Below, piece by piece: positions 23,378 to 36,777 of a stretch of 64,000 nucleotides of DNA. Within the stretch, counting starts at the first letter, position 1, and each line of letters starts with the position of its first letter. The DNA lies in assembly GCA_030704615.1 (NCBI GenBank), contig CM060732.1, forward strand, positions 12,834,001 through 12,898,000, written 5' to 3'. The stretch is from Takakia lepidozioides (lineage: Eukaryota; Plantae; Bryophyta). The notes under the pieces are model-generated. The model saw only the letters and a program-made list of their open reading frames with translations, ran no database searches and was not told the origin of the DNA. The position numbers and the translations under genes are program-made.

Positions 23378-24030
23378 GACTGACAGAGGCTCTACATACT
23401 TTAAACCAATGAGGCATTTCAGCAGATTCATGTACGTATGTCTGTCCCTTGCTTAAGTGCATCAAGATGGAAGGTCTGGACGCTGGAAAACAGGTGCACG
23501 CTCACATTATCCAAAGTGGATGCGCGCCAAATGTTTTTCTACTCATCACCCTTGTCTCCATGTATGTCAAGTGCGGGAGCATCATGGATGCTCACCAAGT
23601 GTTCAACAGAATGTCTCAACGATCTTTGATCACGTGGAATATAATGTTGGCAGGAGTTACCAAGCATGGGTGTGGTATGAATGCTTTGGAGACCTATGAG
23701 CAAATGTTGCGCGAAGGGGTGAATCCCAACCGCATCACATTTGTTTGTGTTTGCAATGCGTGTGCAAGCCTGGGAGCTCTCGAAAACGGCAAAAAGGTCC
23801 ATGGTGACATCGTCAAATCTGGAATTGTACCCGATGTCATTTTGAGCACTGCCCTGGTGGACTGCATGTATGCCAAATGTGGGTGCATCGAGGATGCAAA
23901 GGGAGTGTTTGACCATATGGCTAAACGAGATGTGGTGTCGTGGAGTGCGATGATTGCAGGATATGCACAACAAGGGCGGGGGATGGAGGCTTTGGAGACC
24001 TATGAGCAATGATGCGGGAAGGGGTGATTC
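23378..24030 (+). pseudogene. Truncated PLS-type PPR pseudogene, paralog of the 5' part of the 36778-39705 gene
   Basis: ORF 23449-24012 (GKQVHAHIIQSG...MYVKCGS...VVSWSAMIAGYAQ). Frameshift and stop at ~24010; no E/DYW domain. Confidence 0.85.
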
Positions 24031-24205
24031 CCTGTGGATCAATAGCTATAAGAAACCTGCATGGGTAGATGGTCAACAAAAGGTAGCAGCTGCAACATTG
24101 TGTGGTTAAGGTATGGAGTAGTCATTCTCACCATCTCTTCACACAAAGACCCTCCCCCTTCTTCACAGATTTTACAGATTTTACCAAATGGTGAAAATCT
24201 TCACT

Positions 24206-25821
24206 CATCCCAATTGGTCGAGAAGCCCTGAAATCAGCAGCAATAGATAACGATTCTTAATTGTGACTTTGTTGAGACCGCGATAGTCTATACACATGCG
24301 TAATGATCCGTCTTTCTTTTTCACAAACAAGATAGGCGCCCCCGCAGGTGATTTTGAATGTCGGATAAAGTTCTTCGACAAATTTTCATCAGTGTATTCA
24401 CGTAATGCAGCCAACACCGTCTGGGATAAGTTATAAATTGGGCCGAATGGTGGTTGGGCTCATTCTTGTAACTCAATTGCATAATCATAAGGTCGATGTT
24501 CTGTGAATATGTCTGCATTTTTCTTCTCGAAGACATCCTTGAAATCTTGATATTGAGTGGGTAATGTTGAAGTACATTTGTCTGTTGTGGTCTTGATCGG
24601 AGTCGCATAAAGTGCACATGCCGCATCCTTTTTGGTAGCTCTCATGAAAGCTCTAGCTCCAAGGAACATGGGTTGAATACCTTTGATATTTTTACATTTT
24701 TGTCTTGCAGAAATTTTTCGCGATCGTCAGTCGATGTCAGGATTGTGGCCTGCGATATGATTCTCCTCGATATTCCATATGGGGAGCTGCTCGAGGGCCT
24801 GGATGGTGTGCCCTTGGAACAAGTTTACTAAGGACTATTGGAGAGCCGGGTTTACGAACCAGGGAAGTCCAAGGATCACATGATTCATTGGAGACTGGAT
24901 GACATTGAAAACAATATGTGATGTTTGATCTTTAAGCTTCACTTCAAGTGGTCGAGTTTCATGGTCAACATTTTCTGATGCTAATGATCATCCATCGATG
25001 ACTTCAACGGGGGCCGAGAGTTTCTTCTTTACGAGCGTTCAATTGTGTTGTTTCGCAAAGTTTTTGTCAATAAAACATGTTGAAGCCCCTGAATCCAAAA
25101 GTACTTCTATAGATATATCTTGATTTTGCACTCTGATTTTTACCGGAACTGTGAAGCAAAGTGTAGGGTCTGGAGGTAGAAAAAGATTTTTTTTTTGTGA
25201 GGAATTTGTGGTGTCCAGCCGCATGGTCCCTACTGTGACTGGACATCTTCGTTTTCCGACCTCCTCGTATCAAACACTTGAGTTGCGCCCCGAACTTTGA
25301 ATATTCTCTTGTTGGGGCAGTTTAATGCTATGTGATCTTCTTCTCCGCAATAGAGGTATAATCCATTCGAGCGCCGTCTTTGTTTTTCTTGTGGCGTCAA
25401 TGGCTTGAATTGGACAGCATCAATTTGCATAGGATCACTACCGGATGTCTGATGGATCGTTGTGTTTGGTGCCATAGTAGCAACTTCGTGATGCGTCGTC
25501 GACCATCCAGATCGCTTCTCTTGACCTCTACGATTATCGCATGCAATGTCTTGGGTGATGAATTCGCTCAATGTACTCACATTTGGCATTGTTAGCAACA
25601 AATCTTTTACATCAAACTGTCAATGACGAGAACATGATTGAACACAAATAAGATATCAGACTAGAGGTACATGACTAGACAAGAAGTCAAGGTCGGCGTG
25701 GCCGAATGCATGATGGGTAAACATGAATCAAGATGATCTTTATAACAATGGATAAGAGTACAAGATACTGGAACTCGACTTGAATACTGGAATGCTAGAA
25801 ACTAGACTGGAGTACCAGATA
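24206..25821 (-). mobile_element. Ty3/gypsy chromovirus 5' fragment (partial LTR, gag Zn knuckle, protease, RT start), degenerate
   Basis: DPMQID..LYCGEEDHIALNCP, LLDSGAS, and [37 protein letters not shown] segment shared with 20227-20347. Confidence 0.88.
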
Positions 25822-26977
25822 AACACTATTTTAACTAATTCTGGACTTTTGTTTGGTCCAGAAATAATATTAGATACATGAATCAATATAATTTATAATA
25901 AAAATAAAAAGATATATCTATAATTAGTTGGCTATTTGTGCACTATATAACAACGAATTATATAATCCTCCACACATTCTACGCAGAAATACAAGTATGT
26001 ATTATGGTCTTAGAGGAATATCCACTGCCAAGTTGACGTTCATTAAAAAGAATGGGAGGATGCAATGAATCAAACAATGATGAGAACTCCGGTATCCAAA
26101 ATGACATACACAAACAAACATGGAATAATGGCAGAACCAAATATGAAACAATGATGGCATGTGATGAAGAGGACAACATGGAAAAACGAGTCTGCCGGGA
26201 CCTGATTGATGATATGAAACATTCATATTTTATTTGAGATTGTATCATTCAAGGCGATGGACCACCAGAAAAATGAACGTCAACTATCCATCCGTTCATG
26301 GACTTAATTCCATACAAGCCATAGATTCTGAAGCCATAGAACCGTAACGGCTTATACTAACTCATTAATAATACTGAGCCTCCTCCCAAACGGCTCGCAG
26401 TCAAGGCATGTGTCCGAAGACGCCTCTGGTTACCACAGCCACTTGCAACGGTCTCTGCACCAGAGGAAACGGAGATATTTTCAGGAAGGTGAAACCGGCT
26501 GACATTGTTATCTGAAATGTTACTGCCAACTCTACTTGATGCCCTTGAAGCCTCCCGACACGCCCACCATTCTTCCCAATCACGCAGCTTTTGTTCTTTT
26601 TTTTAGAATTCGTTCCTTGAATGTAACTGGGGACACGTGGTTGAAATGACAAATGTTAGGCCCAAAGTGGAAGTTTTGCATAATGAGGATTTGTTGAGGT
26701 AAGAGCGCAAATGCAAATGCAAAAGAATTGGAAAATCAAATTCTGAACAAACAACAGAACAGTGGGATTCACATGCCTACCGAGGTAATCAGGTTCCTTT
26801 TGTTGTGGGATCCAAACACGAGGATCAAGATATCTTCCATACCAGGCCCAACAAACATGGTCTCGACCAATAGGCTTATGAGAACACTTTGCCCGGTTCT
26901 CGCTGTAATCAACAACTGTTGAAGCTCCAGCCATCTTCAATATATATGGCCACACTGCCTTTGTCATATCATCCTAG

Positions 26978-27400
26978 TCACACAAGCCGTTTTGGTGATG
27001 GCTTGAATGAGAAAGGGAAGAATCCAGTATTTTGTGGGTTTCGCAAGCCTTTTGATGGCTCATCATCTACAAGAAGTATTTGCCCCTGTGTAACAAATGG
27101 TCTACCAGGTTTCTTAGCAAGAACACTGCGAATATCCTTCACGAGATATTTCATCTCGGGCCTGATATAACCGGTGGTATCCTTGCAATCCTCAACAGAC
27201 CATATGAAGCAAAACTTCTTCGTTATTTTCGTGGGGACGAAACTCTCCAACATCCTACAAAGAACACCTCTATCAGCGCATGACCAAATGGCCACGTGAA
27301 AATGCTTCAATGCAAGGTTCAGAAACTCCAAGACTCCAAGCCGAGGCACCACAAACGGTCTGTCAGGAACTTGAAGTATCACATTCCTGAAACGAAATTT
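26978..27400 (-). pseudogene. FCP1/NIF-family (HAD-like CTD phosphatase) domain fragment
   Basis: FVVPRLGVLEFL..FHVAIWS...FIWSVEDC...LVKDI...LLVDDEPSKGLRNP; lacks the N-terminal DxDxT catalytic motif. Confidence 0.65.
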
Positions 27401-27464
27401 CTCCTTAAACAGTTCACCGCTGGTTGGGGGTGGAGGAGATGCACTGGGATACATAGAAGATCTT

Positions 27465-28712
27465 ACACTTGAGGGCTTAGATGACACTTGACACTTGGGC
27501 CAACGGCAGATGCTACCCTAGAGGTCGCATTTGGGCCTCGACATAGGAGATGCACTTGGATACATCGGGATTGCACACTAGGCTTAGATGGGCCTCGACA
27601 TGGGAGACGCACATGAGAGATGTCTTTGGATACATACACTTGGATACATAGGAGATTGCACTTGGGCTTAGATGACACTGGATACTTGGGCCAACGGCAC
27701 ATGCTACCCTAGATGTCGCATTTGGGCCTCGACATAGAAGACGCACTTGGATACATAGGGGATTACACTTGGACTTAGATGATACTGGACACTTGGGCCA
27801 ACGGCAAAGGCTACCCTAGAGGTTGCATTTGGGTCTTGACATAGAGACACACTTTGATACATAGGTTGGGGGGTCACTCCCCGTATTTTCAAAACCACGT
27901 GAGAATAAATATAGAGTGCAATTTATTTTTTTGAGGTAAATTTTAGAAAAGTTTTACTTAGAAAATATGGTAAGGCAATATCATTTCACCCAATTAATAA
28001 CAAATCACAAAAAATCCAGAGTTTTACTTAATAAATTAATGTAATAAAGGGTTTTATCTACAGTATAATGTATCCATCCTTGTGAAATTTCTCATATTGC
28101 ATCCAGCTCTAATCCATCATGATGAAATCAGGTAGAGGTCACCCGAAGTTCAAATATGATTCCAGTGATACACAATGGATTGATGTTGATACCATAATCT
28201 CAACAGTGACTATGGCATTTGAACCATCTCAAGACTTGTACTCTTTAGATCCAAGTGATGTTGCGGCTTTGAATGAGTTCGTGGCTAATGAAAATTAAAC
28301 TTTTTATTGGGTCTGGCATTTGACTTATGTTATATGGAATGTACTTGTTTGTGTACATGCTTTGAAATTTTACAATTATTTAAAATGATAATTTAAAATA
28401 TGGTCTAATTAATTGTTGCAAAATAAAATTATTAAAAAATAGGGTGTTAGAAAATAAAGGGTTTTACAATATTACCTAAAGATAATACAAAAATTTAAAA
28501 ATATAGCCTAGTATAAATATACCTTTGTACGCACGTGATATGAAAAAAATACATATAGTGACCCCCCCCCCCGTACATAGGGGATTGCACTTGGATTTAG
28601 ATGGCCTCGACATAGGAGATTGCACATAGGAGACGCCAAAGTTGGATGCATATGAGATTGCACTTGGGCTAAGATGCCATTGGACACTTGGGCCAACGGC
28701 ACAGGCTACCCT
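27465..28712. repeat. Degenerate tandem repeat (ACACTTGGGCCAACGGCA..GCTACCCT / GGCCTCGACATAGGAGA units) interrupted by a TIR element
   Basis: Units at ~27491, 27683, 27789 and 28685. Confidence 0.7.
27866..28573. mobile_element. Non-autonomous TIR DNA transposon, 708 bp, 8-bp TSD
   Basis: TSD TACATAGG at 27858-27865 and 28574-28581. TIR GGGGGGTCACT / AGTGACCCCCC. AT-rich interior with a short coding-like remnant at ~28120-28298. Confidence 0.7.
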
Positions 28713-28719
28713 ATGCTAC

Positions 28720-30110
28720 CTAATTCACCCCAACTAATCTCATCCAAACCACTCAACTCCTCCAAACACGATTCCTCCAAGGCATGCACGTTAGTCCTTT
28801 TTACTACCATCATTAACAATTATAATAATACTCAGCCCACCACTTTCCATTATTGGCCTCCACTGCATTCATCCACAAATATACATCCATATTCTACCTC
28901 ACTCCCAACCCACCCTCATCCAATCAGCCCCTCCCCATACCATAAGATTTCACCCAAACAACTTGAATACGATGCAACACCGACTACCGTTATGACTTGT
29001 ATTAACGCCACCAACGACACCTACCGATCCATACACCGGCACCTGCCCCAACAGCTCATTTCATCCAAAAACATTTCAGTCGACCCTAATACTTTCATAT
29101 GGTCTACTCAAATAATTCCACCTAGTCTACTCAATCCCCCTTTTGCGACCGGATTCATCCCAGATAATCTCATCAAAACCACTAAATCCATCCAAACATG
29201 ACTCCTCCAAGGCCCGCACGTCAGCTTTGTTCACTACCATCAGTAACAGTCACAATTGTACTCAGCCCACCATTTTCTGTTATTGGCCTCCACCGCATTC
29301 ATCCACAATTATACATCCATCTACCTCTTTCCCAACCCACCTCCGTCCAATCAGCCCATCCCCACACCATAAGACCTTACCCAAGCATCTTAAATATGAC
29401 GCAACCCAGACTACTGTTATGACTTATATTAACGCCACTGACGACACCTACCGGTCCATAGACTGGCACCTGCCCCAACAGCTCATGCCACCCAAAAAAT
29501 TTCATTCAATCTACTCAAAAAAATTCATCCAGCCTACTCAAACCCCCCCTGTCACCGGAGTCAACCCAGCTATTCTCATCCAAACCACTAAACTCATCCA
29601 AACATGATTCATACACGGCACGTACGTCAGATCTGTTTACTACCATCATTAACAGTTATAATCGCACTCAGCCCACCAAATTCCGTTACTGGCCTCCAAT
29701 GCATTCACCCACAATTATACATTCATTTACCTCACTCCCAACCCACCCTCACCCAATCAGCCCATCTCCACACCATTCGACGTTACCCAAGCAACTTAAA
29801 TACGATGCAACCCATACTACCGTTCTGACTTGTATTAGCGCCACTCACGACACCCACGGCCCATAGACCGGCACCTGCCCCAACAGCTCATTTCATCCAA
29901 ATTTTCCATTCAGTCTACTCAAATAATTTCATCCGGTCTATTCAAATTATAATTTCAACCAGTCTACTCAAACCCCCCATGACTCCTAATTCACCTCAGC
30001 TAATCTCATCCAAACCATTAAACTCATCCAACCCCGAGTCATCCAAGACATGCACGTCAGTTCTCTTGACGATCACCGTTAACATTTATAATCGTACTCA
30101 GCCCACCACT
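28720..30110 (+). repeat. ~410-430 bp C/A-rich tandem repeat (about 3.3 units) upstream of LINE copy 2
   Basis: Unit anchor TCTCATC(C)AAACCA at ~28738, 29168, 29574 and 30004. Same strand bias as the LINE. Confidence 0.75.
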
Positions 30111-30446
30111 TCCCGTTTTGGCTTCATCCACCAATATCCAACCATCTATTACCGACACCCTTGTCTCCGCTCAAACGTTCCAATTTTTCCCAATAATCTC
30201 CCCACTAAATTACTATGTCATTACTCAACATACTTATACATCATCCCAACTGGCATTTACAACTCTCACCACTGACAAGATATTAGGCCCTACCTATTTC
30301 CCCCACCCGCTATACCCCCTCCCCCCCCCACGCCCAACACACCAGCTCCACCCTAGCGTCTAGCAACCATAGCTCCTTAACTCTACCGCACATCAATCCA
30401 TCCTACCCTCACAAATTACCCTCTGAACTACCCAGAAAAAATCCTC

Positions 30447-33400
30447 ATGATTACTTACAGCCCGAACGGGCACTCTCTTTACCACCCCCTAAAATCCAAA
30501 CACAGCCTGCATCATCCCCCTTCACATGAAACCTTATACCTCAACTTATGTATCACACTTCCACTGCTCCGATGTGGGGACATCCATCCCAACCCCGGCC
30601 CACTCACTATTCCCACCATCATGACTCAACTCCTTGATGATGCACAAGATTGTTATGCACTATACTTCCAGCCGAACACCCTATCCCTTATGCACCAATA
30701 CAAACATCTGGCTACCCACTTCACACCCTCCCTCCCAGAACCACTACCCATCCCCTCCCCTCACCAACAAACTGCCCCCCACACCATTTCCACCTTTGGC
30801 CTCCCAGCCGGCCCATACCCTGCACTCTCCTACACCTCCCACAAACTTCAAGCTTTCCCACCATACCACCTCCTCTTCCCCCTTATTATCCTCATCTCCC
30901 CTCTGCCCCAAGAATGTAACGACTACCTTACGTCCCAACCAGATTCCCCACTCATTTCCCTACTACATCACCTACAAGACCTATCCACACACATCAGCAA
31001 CTATTTGGCCCCACCACATTGCTTGACTAATCTCCACGCGTCCCTCAACCTGTTGCAGTCCCGTCCCGGAGTTATACACAAAATTCTAGGTGATCATCTA
31101 GCGTCTGCATCCACCTCTGTCCCAGACATCCCCGCTACCAGATTCAACAAATTTCCGTTTCTCTCTGCCAACATCCTGTCAGCTACGCTTAACGCTACCA
31201 CACCCCTCCCAGGGTTCCAACCCCCCCACTACCCACCATCTTCCGTCACTACCACACCGGTTGTAACCCAGTCTCAATCTGCATCTTCACCCGCTACACC
31301 TCGGTACATACCTTCAGACCATCACTATTCGAGGCAAGGCGGCCTTAACTACTCATCTTTAAGCCTTATAGATGGTTTCTATCTTAAGTCACCCAGTGAT
31401 ATTCCCGCATACCTTACAAGCCATATTCATATCAATAGCATATGCAACTCAGACCATTACCCAGTATCTGTCTCTCTCCCACCATCCCTCATTCCCATCC
31501 GTCCCATCCAAGACCCACATCCACATACGCTGACGACCTAGCTATCCTAGCTCACAAACCCCACCACCTCAACCGGCAAGTCAGCAAGCTATCCCGCTTT
31601 AACCTATGGTCAGGCATGGAACTCAGCCTCTACAAGTGCGCCGTTACCGCAGCAACCCACCACAACAAATTAACAAAATCCGCAATTGCTTCCCATTGTG
31701 TAAACTCTATATCCATTACCTAAACAACCCTTCCCATTTTTGGGACCCGATGAGCCTTACACATACTTAGGCATTCAGCTAGTCCCATCACTTACCTGGC
31801 ATGTGCAGAAGTCCACCACACTTGCTAAGCTCTCTAACAAAAGTTTGGCTCTTCTTAAATCCCCTGTCTCTATAAAACCCAAACTATCAATCATCAGCTC
31901 TATACTTAAGCCACAAGTCCAATACTCTTTTCACGCCGCTCCCTTCTCCCTACTGGATCTCAAAGTACTAGACAACACATCACTCAACTAACCAAGCGAA
32001 TGTGTGGCTTACGTACCAGTACTCCTAGTGCTCTCACCCAACTCCCGACAGACTGTCACGGCGTCGGCTCCAGCCTCCTAATTATTCCATATGCCCGAAC
32101 CCTTGGTACCCAGTTACGATAAGCTCTCAATGACCCTGGACGCCTAGAACTTATCTACTACGACCTTCTTAAATTCCTAGCCCACAGATTCAATGGATTA
32201 TCCCATCTCTTCATTTCCTGCCTACACTCCCCCAGGCACGTACACTACTCATCCTACGACAAATACGTATCAGCATACAAACCGACCTACCCGGCTATCC
32301 TAACACGATATCACAGCTGGAACACGCTCTAAATTCCAGCCCATCCCTCTCCCATTTTGAACGCCTTCATCCTCGCCAAAAGCGTCCCCTCCTCACCTAT
32401 TTCAAAGAACGGCATATCATTCATCTCACCCAACTTACCACTGCCACTGGCACTCAACTTATCACCCCGGGAGAATTCACACTTAAACACTCTCGTGCCA
32501 CAGCCAAAACCTGCAGGTTCCTCTAACACCTACGTACCCTACTCTGCCACCTATCCGCATCCTGTGCCCTTGAATGCGACCTTACATGCTCAAGCCCTGG
32601 TCACTCTTCCCCCATACCCAACGCGACTTACTGCATGCCTACAGATCAGGTCCATCTCCCTCTATTCTCCATATGCTTAGGGCCTCCCAAACCCCAGGTA
32701 CACACGAGAGTAGAGACACCCCATCCTCATCCACCTCCCCTATACCCCCTTCCCACCCAGATAGGGACTCTACCCAACCCCCTCCCGTCCACATCCATAC
32801 GTCCTCCCTTACGCAAACTACTTCCACCCCAGCTCCCCCCTCATCCGGCACTCCTGCAATTTATCATGACCACCCAGATAACCTAGACTCATATGTTATC
32901 GAAGCCCTCCTCGGTATTAAGACCCAAACTTCTACAGACTCATATGGGGCCACATGTGTTGATACATGTTACCTATGCCAATGGGCTGGCTACACAACTG
33001 ATGATAACTCATGGCAAATCAAGGACAACCTCTTCGGCTCACATGATGACTGCGACCACGCCCACAATCTCACACTCCTCACCGCCTTCCACAAACGTAC
33101 CAACACTAACTACCTCGCGCATACCCACCAACAACATATTTCCCAAACCCAACCCAAAGATGCCCGCCACATACATCAACCACTTACCGCCCCCAACGTA
33201 CACATACATATTACTGAATGCAACTCAGATAAGGATACCCTGCACACCTCCCCCACAATCTGCCAAGGCCCTCGTCACTATTTCAACGGCTGTTTTCTTG
33301 GCCTCATTCCCAATGATAGACTAGCATGGCTATGGGCTAAATACTCTACTTCCTCCCCCTGTGACACTCAAATCCACCCATCCCGCCAAAACTTTACTAC

Positions 33401-35790
33401 CGAACTCAGTTGGCTTGTTACCCGCTACCTCCAAGACACTCCTCCCAAAAAACCTCGTTCCCTGTCAAAACTATCATAAGCCTTTGCTCATAATACTCTC
33501 CCTCCGGATATCCTCTCTCTGCTTATTACCACTTTCGAACTCACTCACTCATATTATTCTAGCCTACTTACATGCCGGATGGAAATCACAACTTTTGCCA
33601 GCCCCCATCCCTGAGACTGCATTTTTGGAGCCACCGGTCACGCCACCCAGCACACATAGACGGGGGGTGGATTTGCTCACCCCCCAGGCCCCCTTACGCA
33701 TGAGGCCCTCCAATGGGCTTGTATGACCGCACATTCCTCCCCGTCAAATGTCACGATCCTTATACTCACACACCAAAAGCTATCCAACAGTCCCCACCCC
33801 CTCCTACAATTCCCGCCCGGATCACTCCTCGCCGCTTTCGAACCTAACCAACTCCGGTACTTCTACACCCCACCTCTTCCCAAATACCTACGCATAAAGA
33901 ACCCACCATCACCCTTCTCCTCCATGTCCAGCACACTACGCAGTCCACCATACCCACCACCTTCCCAGCCATACTGGATCAACTCCTAACGTGCACCTAC
34001 AAACTAAAAGCCACCATCTACCCTCATCATACCACGCTCCCAACTCCCACAATCCCATCTTGCCCACTCCCTAGGGTTAACCTAAGCAAGGCATGGAATA
34101 GGGCGCTGCCACGCCCTCCCCCTGCCCAACCTACATCCCCCCCGCCCTTCCCAACCTACCACCAAACTTTACCCCCCACTCCCTAGGGTTAACCTAAGCA
34201 AGGCATGGAATAGGGCGCTGCCACGCCCTCCCCCTGCCCAACCTACATCCCCCCCGCCCTTCCCAACCTACCACCAAACTTTACCCCCCAAATTTCCTCC
34301 GGCCCACTCTCACTACACTGACGGCTCCCTCAACGGCTCCCACGCCGGTTATGGCGTATACCACGCCGCTACCGACCAGGGCACCGCTTATAGACTCCCC
34401 GGTCCTCGCACCATACTTCGCGCAGAACTAATGGCTATATTTGAAACACTCTCCGTACTGTCCTCATTCTCCCTCATCACTCTGACCGTAATCTCATAAC
34501 AACCATAGCCAACCTGGCTATCTCCATCAACCAACCCATTCATTTTCTCAAAGTCCGTTCATACACAAGTATTAGGGGAAACGAGGCTGCCGACCTCCTT
34601 GCCCAGGAAGGTGCCGACGGACCCCCTATTGACCCCACCAATGACCCTATACACCTAGCGCACACCCACCCATTTTGGCTAATATACCCTATACTAGATC
34701 CCCGTGAACCTTGGCCCATACGCAACCTTTTGAAAACCCTCACTCGACAAGCCAATAAGCAAACCTCTGCATCTGCTAGCCACACTAAAATACATATACA
34801 GAAGTGGACCCAATCCGAAGTACTTTATAACAAACTCTCAAACTACTTCTGGCATTCCAAAGCTGCTACTGACGCCCAAATTCAACAGACCCTTAAATTC
34901 CGGTATGCCCAATATATGGGACATCAGTGCAAGCACATTTTCTGGCCACGCCTCTTTCTCTCCCCACACTGTCCCCTCTGTTCTCATACCCACCAGGAAC
35001 GTGACACCTGGCCACATCTTCTTAGCAAATGCACTCACCCTGTCATCCATGGGCTTCGTATTACCCGCCATAACCACGCAGTCTCGCACATCCATAAACT
35101 CCTCATGACCCGCGCCGAAACCCGATGGTTCTCACTAATCAACGCTGGTACGTACCAAGGACGACCTCCAGACCACACCGTCCCACAATGGCTTCTCCCG
35201 TGTACTTGCTCCCACTCCCCCTACACCTGCCCCGCCAGGCTATGTCCAGACATCTTGCTTATACATGGCCTGCCCATAAACTCCCCACCACCCACCGCCC
35301 CAACCCCGAACCTTACCATTTACTTTATTGAGTTCATCTACTGCCATGACCGCTGCCCCGCTGACTCCCTAGACAAACGGCTGAAATACACTCCACTTAT
35401 CCTCGCGCTCCGACATAGGGGCTGGGCTACTGGCCCTTTATCAGTTATTGCAGCTGACACTAAGATGTGACATTCATAACGCCAGTATCGATACGCTACA
35501 CACTAACTTTAAATTCCCTATCCCCTTTATTCATAAATGTTTAAAAGCAATACACCTCACAACCCTCCGCTCTCTCACAACCATTATTACCAACAAACGA
35601 AAACTCGAATCCAACCCTCCTCTGGCCTCCGAGGTACCTAGGGTACCCTAGGTACCCTGCGGCACCTTTTCCTTTAGAATCCTGGTGTCCTATGGACACC
35701 CTTTTTTTCAAGGGCCCACCCCCGAGAAGGGGTAGTAGCAGAGAGGCGAAGTGGCTCTTAGTTACGCCGGCTTTGGTCGGAATCTTCTCT
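30447..35790 (+). mobile_element. Degenerate Dualen-like LINE copy 2, with an internal deletion of most of the RT
   Basis: LLRCGDIHPNPGP (30564-30602). APE remnant LIDGF..SDHYPV (~31365-31465) joined to YADDL (~31525). Chromodomain ~32890-33035, RNase H YTDGS (~34314), and CPLC/RHN/PDI/IEF RLE region. 3' end matches copy 1. Internal 112-bp direct duplication at ~34064-34290. Confidence 0.88.
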
Positions 35791-35814
35791 TTGATTGGTT
35801 GCACAAGCAATTAA

Positions 35815-36400
35815 TTACTTTATTTTATTTTATCTCTAAAATAATTCCAGTTCAAGATCCTTGCTCCACTCCCCAGTCCTAGTGTCCGCTCCCATATCCC
35901 TATACGTTGTCCTTGCTCCCCTATCCTTGTTGCTCCCCTTGTTCCCTTGCCTGCTCCCCTCCTTGCCCGCTCTTATGTCCGCTCCTTGTTCCCGGTCCCT
36001 TGTCCTCGCTCCCCTATTCCCGGTCCCCGGTCCCCTCCTCGGCCTATGGAACGTGGCTTGCTCGCCTCTTCCCGGTCCCGCCCTGTGGAACGGGCTTGCT
36101 CCCCTCCTCGCCCTATGTAATACAGCTTGCTCTCATGTTCCCGCTCCCCACTCCCTCCTCGCATGTGGAAAATGGCTTCCTTCCCTGTTCCCAATCCCCG
36201 CTCCCCTCCTCACTCCCTTGTCCTACTATGGGGAGCAAGGATCTGGGAGCAGGAATAGGGGAGCAAAATTGGAGAATGTTTAGGAACACTGTCCTAAAGG
36301 TGGGGAGCATGAGAAGGGTGTTCTCCCAGGAGGTGTGGAGCGCTCCCCACCTTCCCAATGGGGGATGAGATTTGACTGGTAGTATAGTATGGCCCAAAGG
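35815..36400 (+). repeat. Dispersed non-autonomous repeat rich in GCTCCC motifs; second copy inverted at 59870-60245
   Basis: Shared blocks TCCAAGATCCTTGCTCC, GAGCAAAATTGGAGAATGTTT and GTGTGGAGCGCTCCCCACCTTC. Confidence 0.7.
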
Positions 36401-36777
36401 AGGGCCGAGCTCCACCACCTCACAGGCTTGCCTTTAACTCGTTGGGTAAAGGTTGTCCTCGCCATTAAGGGGCCTAATTTGTGAGCGGTCGCTCCAAGGT
36501 AAATCCCTTTAAAAAAATTTATTTTTTTGGCTGAAAAACTTGTGCACAAGGCTGCCCCTCACGAATTGTACTCACCCTCGTCTGCAGGGTTCGAAGAGAA
36601 CTCCACCATCCACACCAGAATTATTTCCTTCCACTATCACCAGAGTCCGTCAAAATCCCCCCTTCACTCTTTACATGCTCTTGACAAAATATTCTCAGGA
36701 AACGGGGGATGAACTGAGTAGCTACGCAGATCAATGAATGCAGCAAGATACTCACACCTTTCCAGAAAAACATCATT

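Noticed and set aside
35861-36418. Pro/Leu-rich ORFs
   Set aside because: They arise from the low-complexity GCTCCC-rich repeat.
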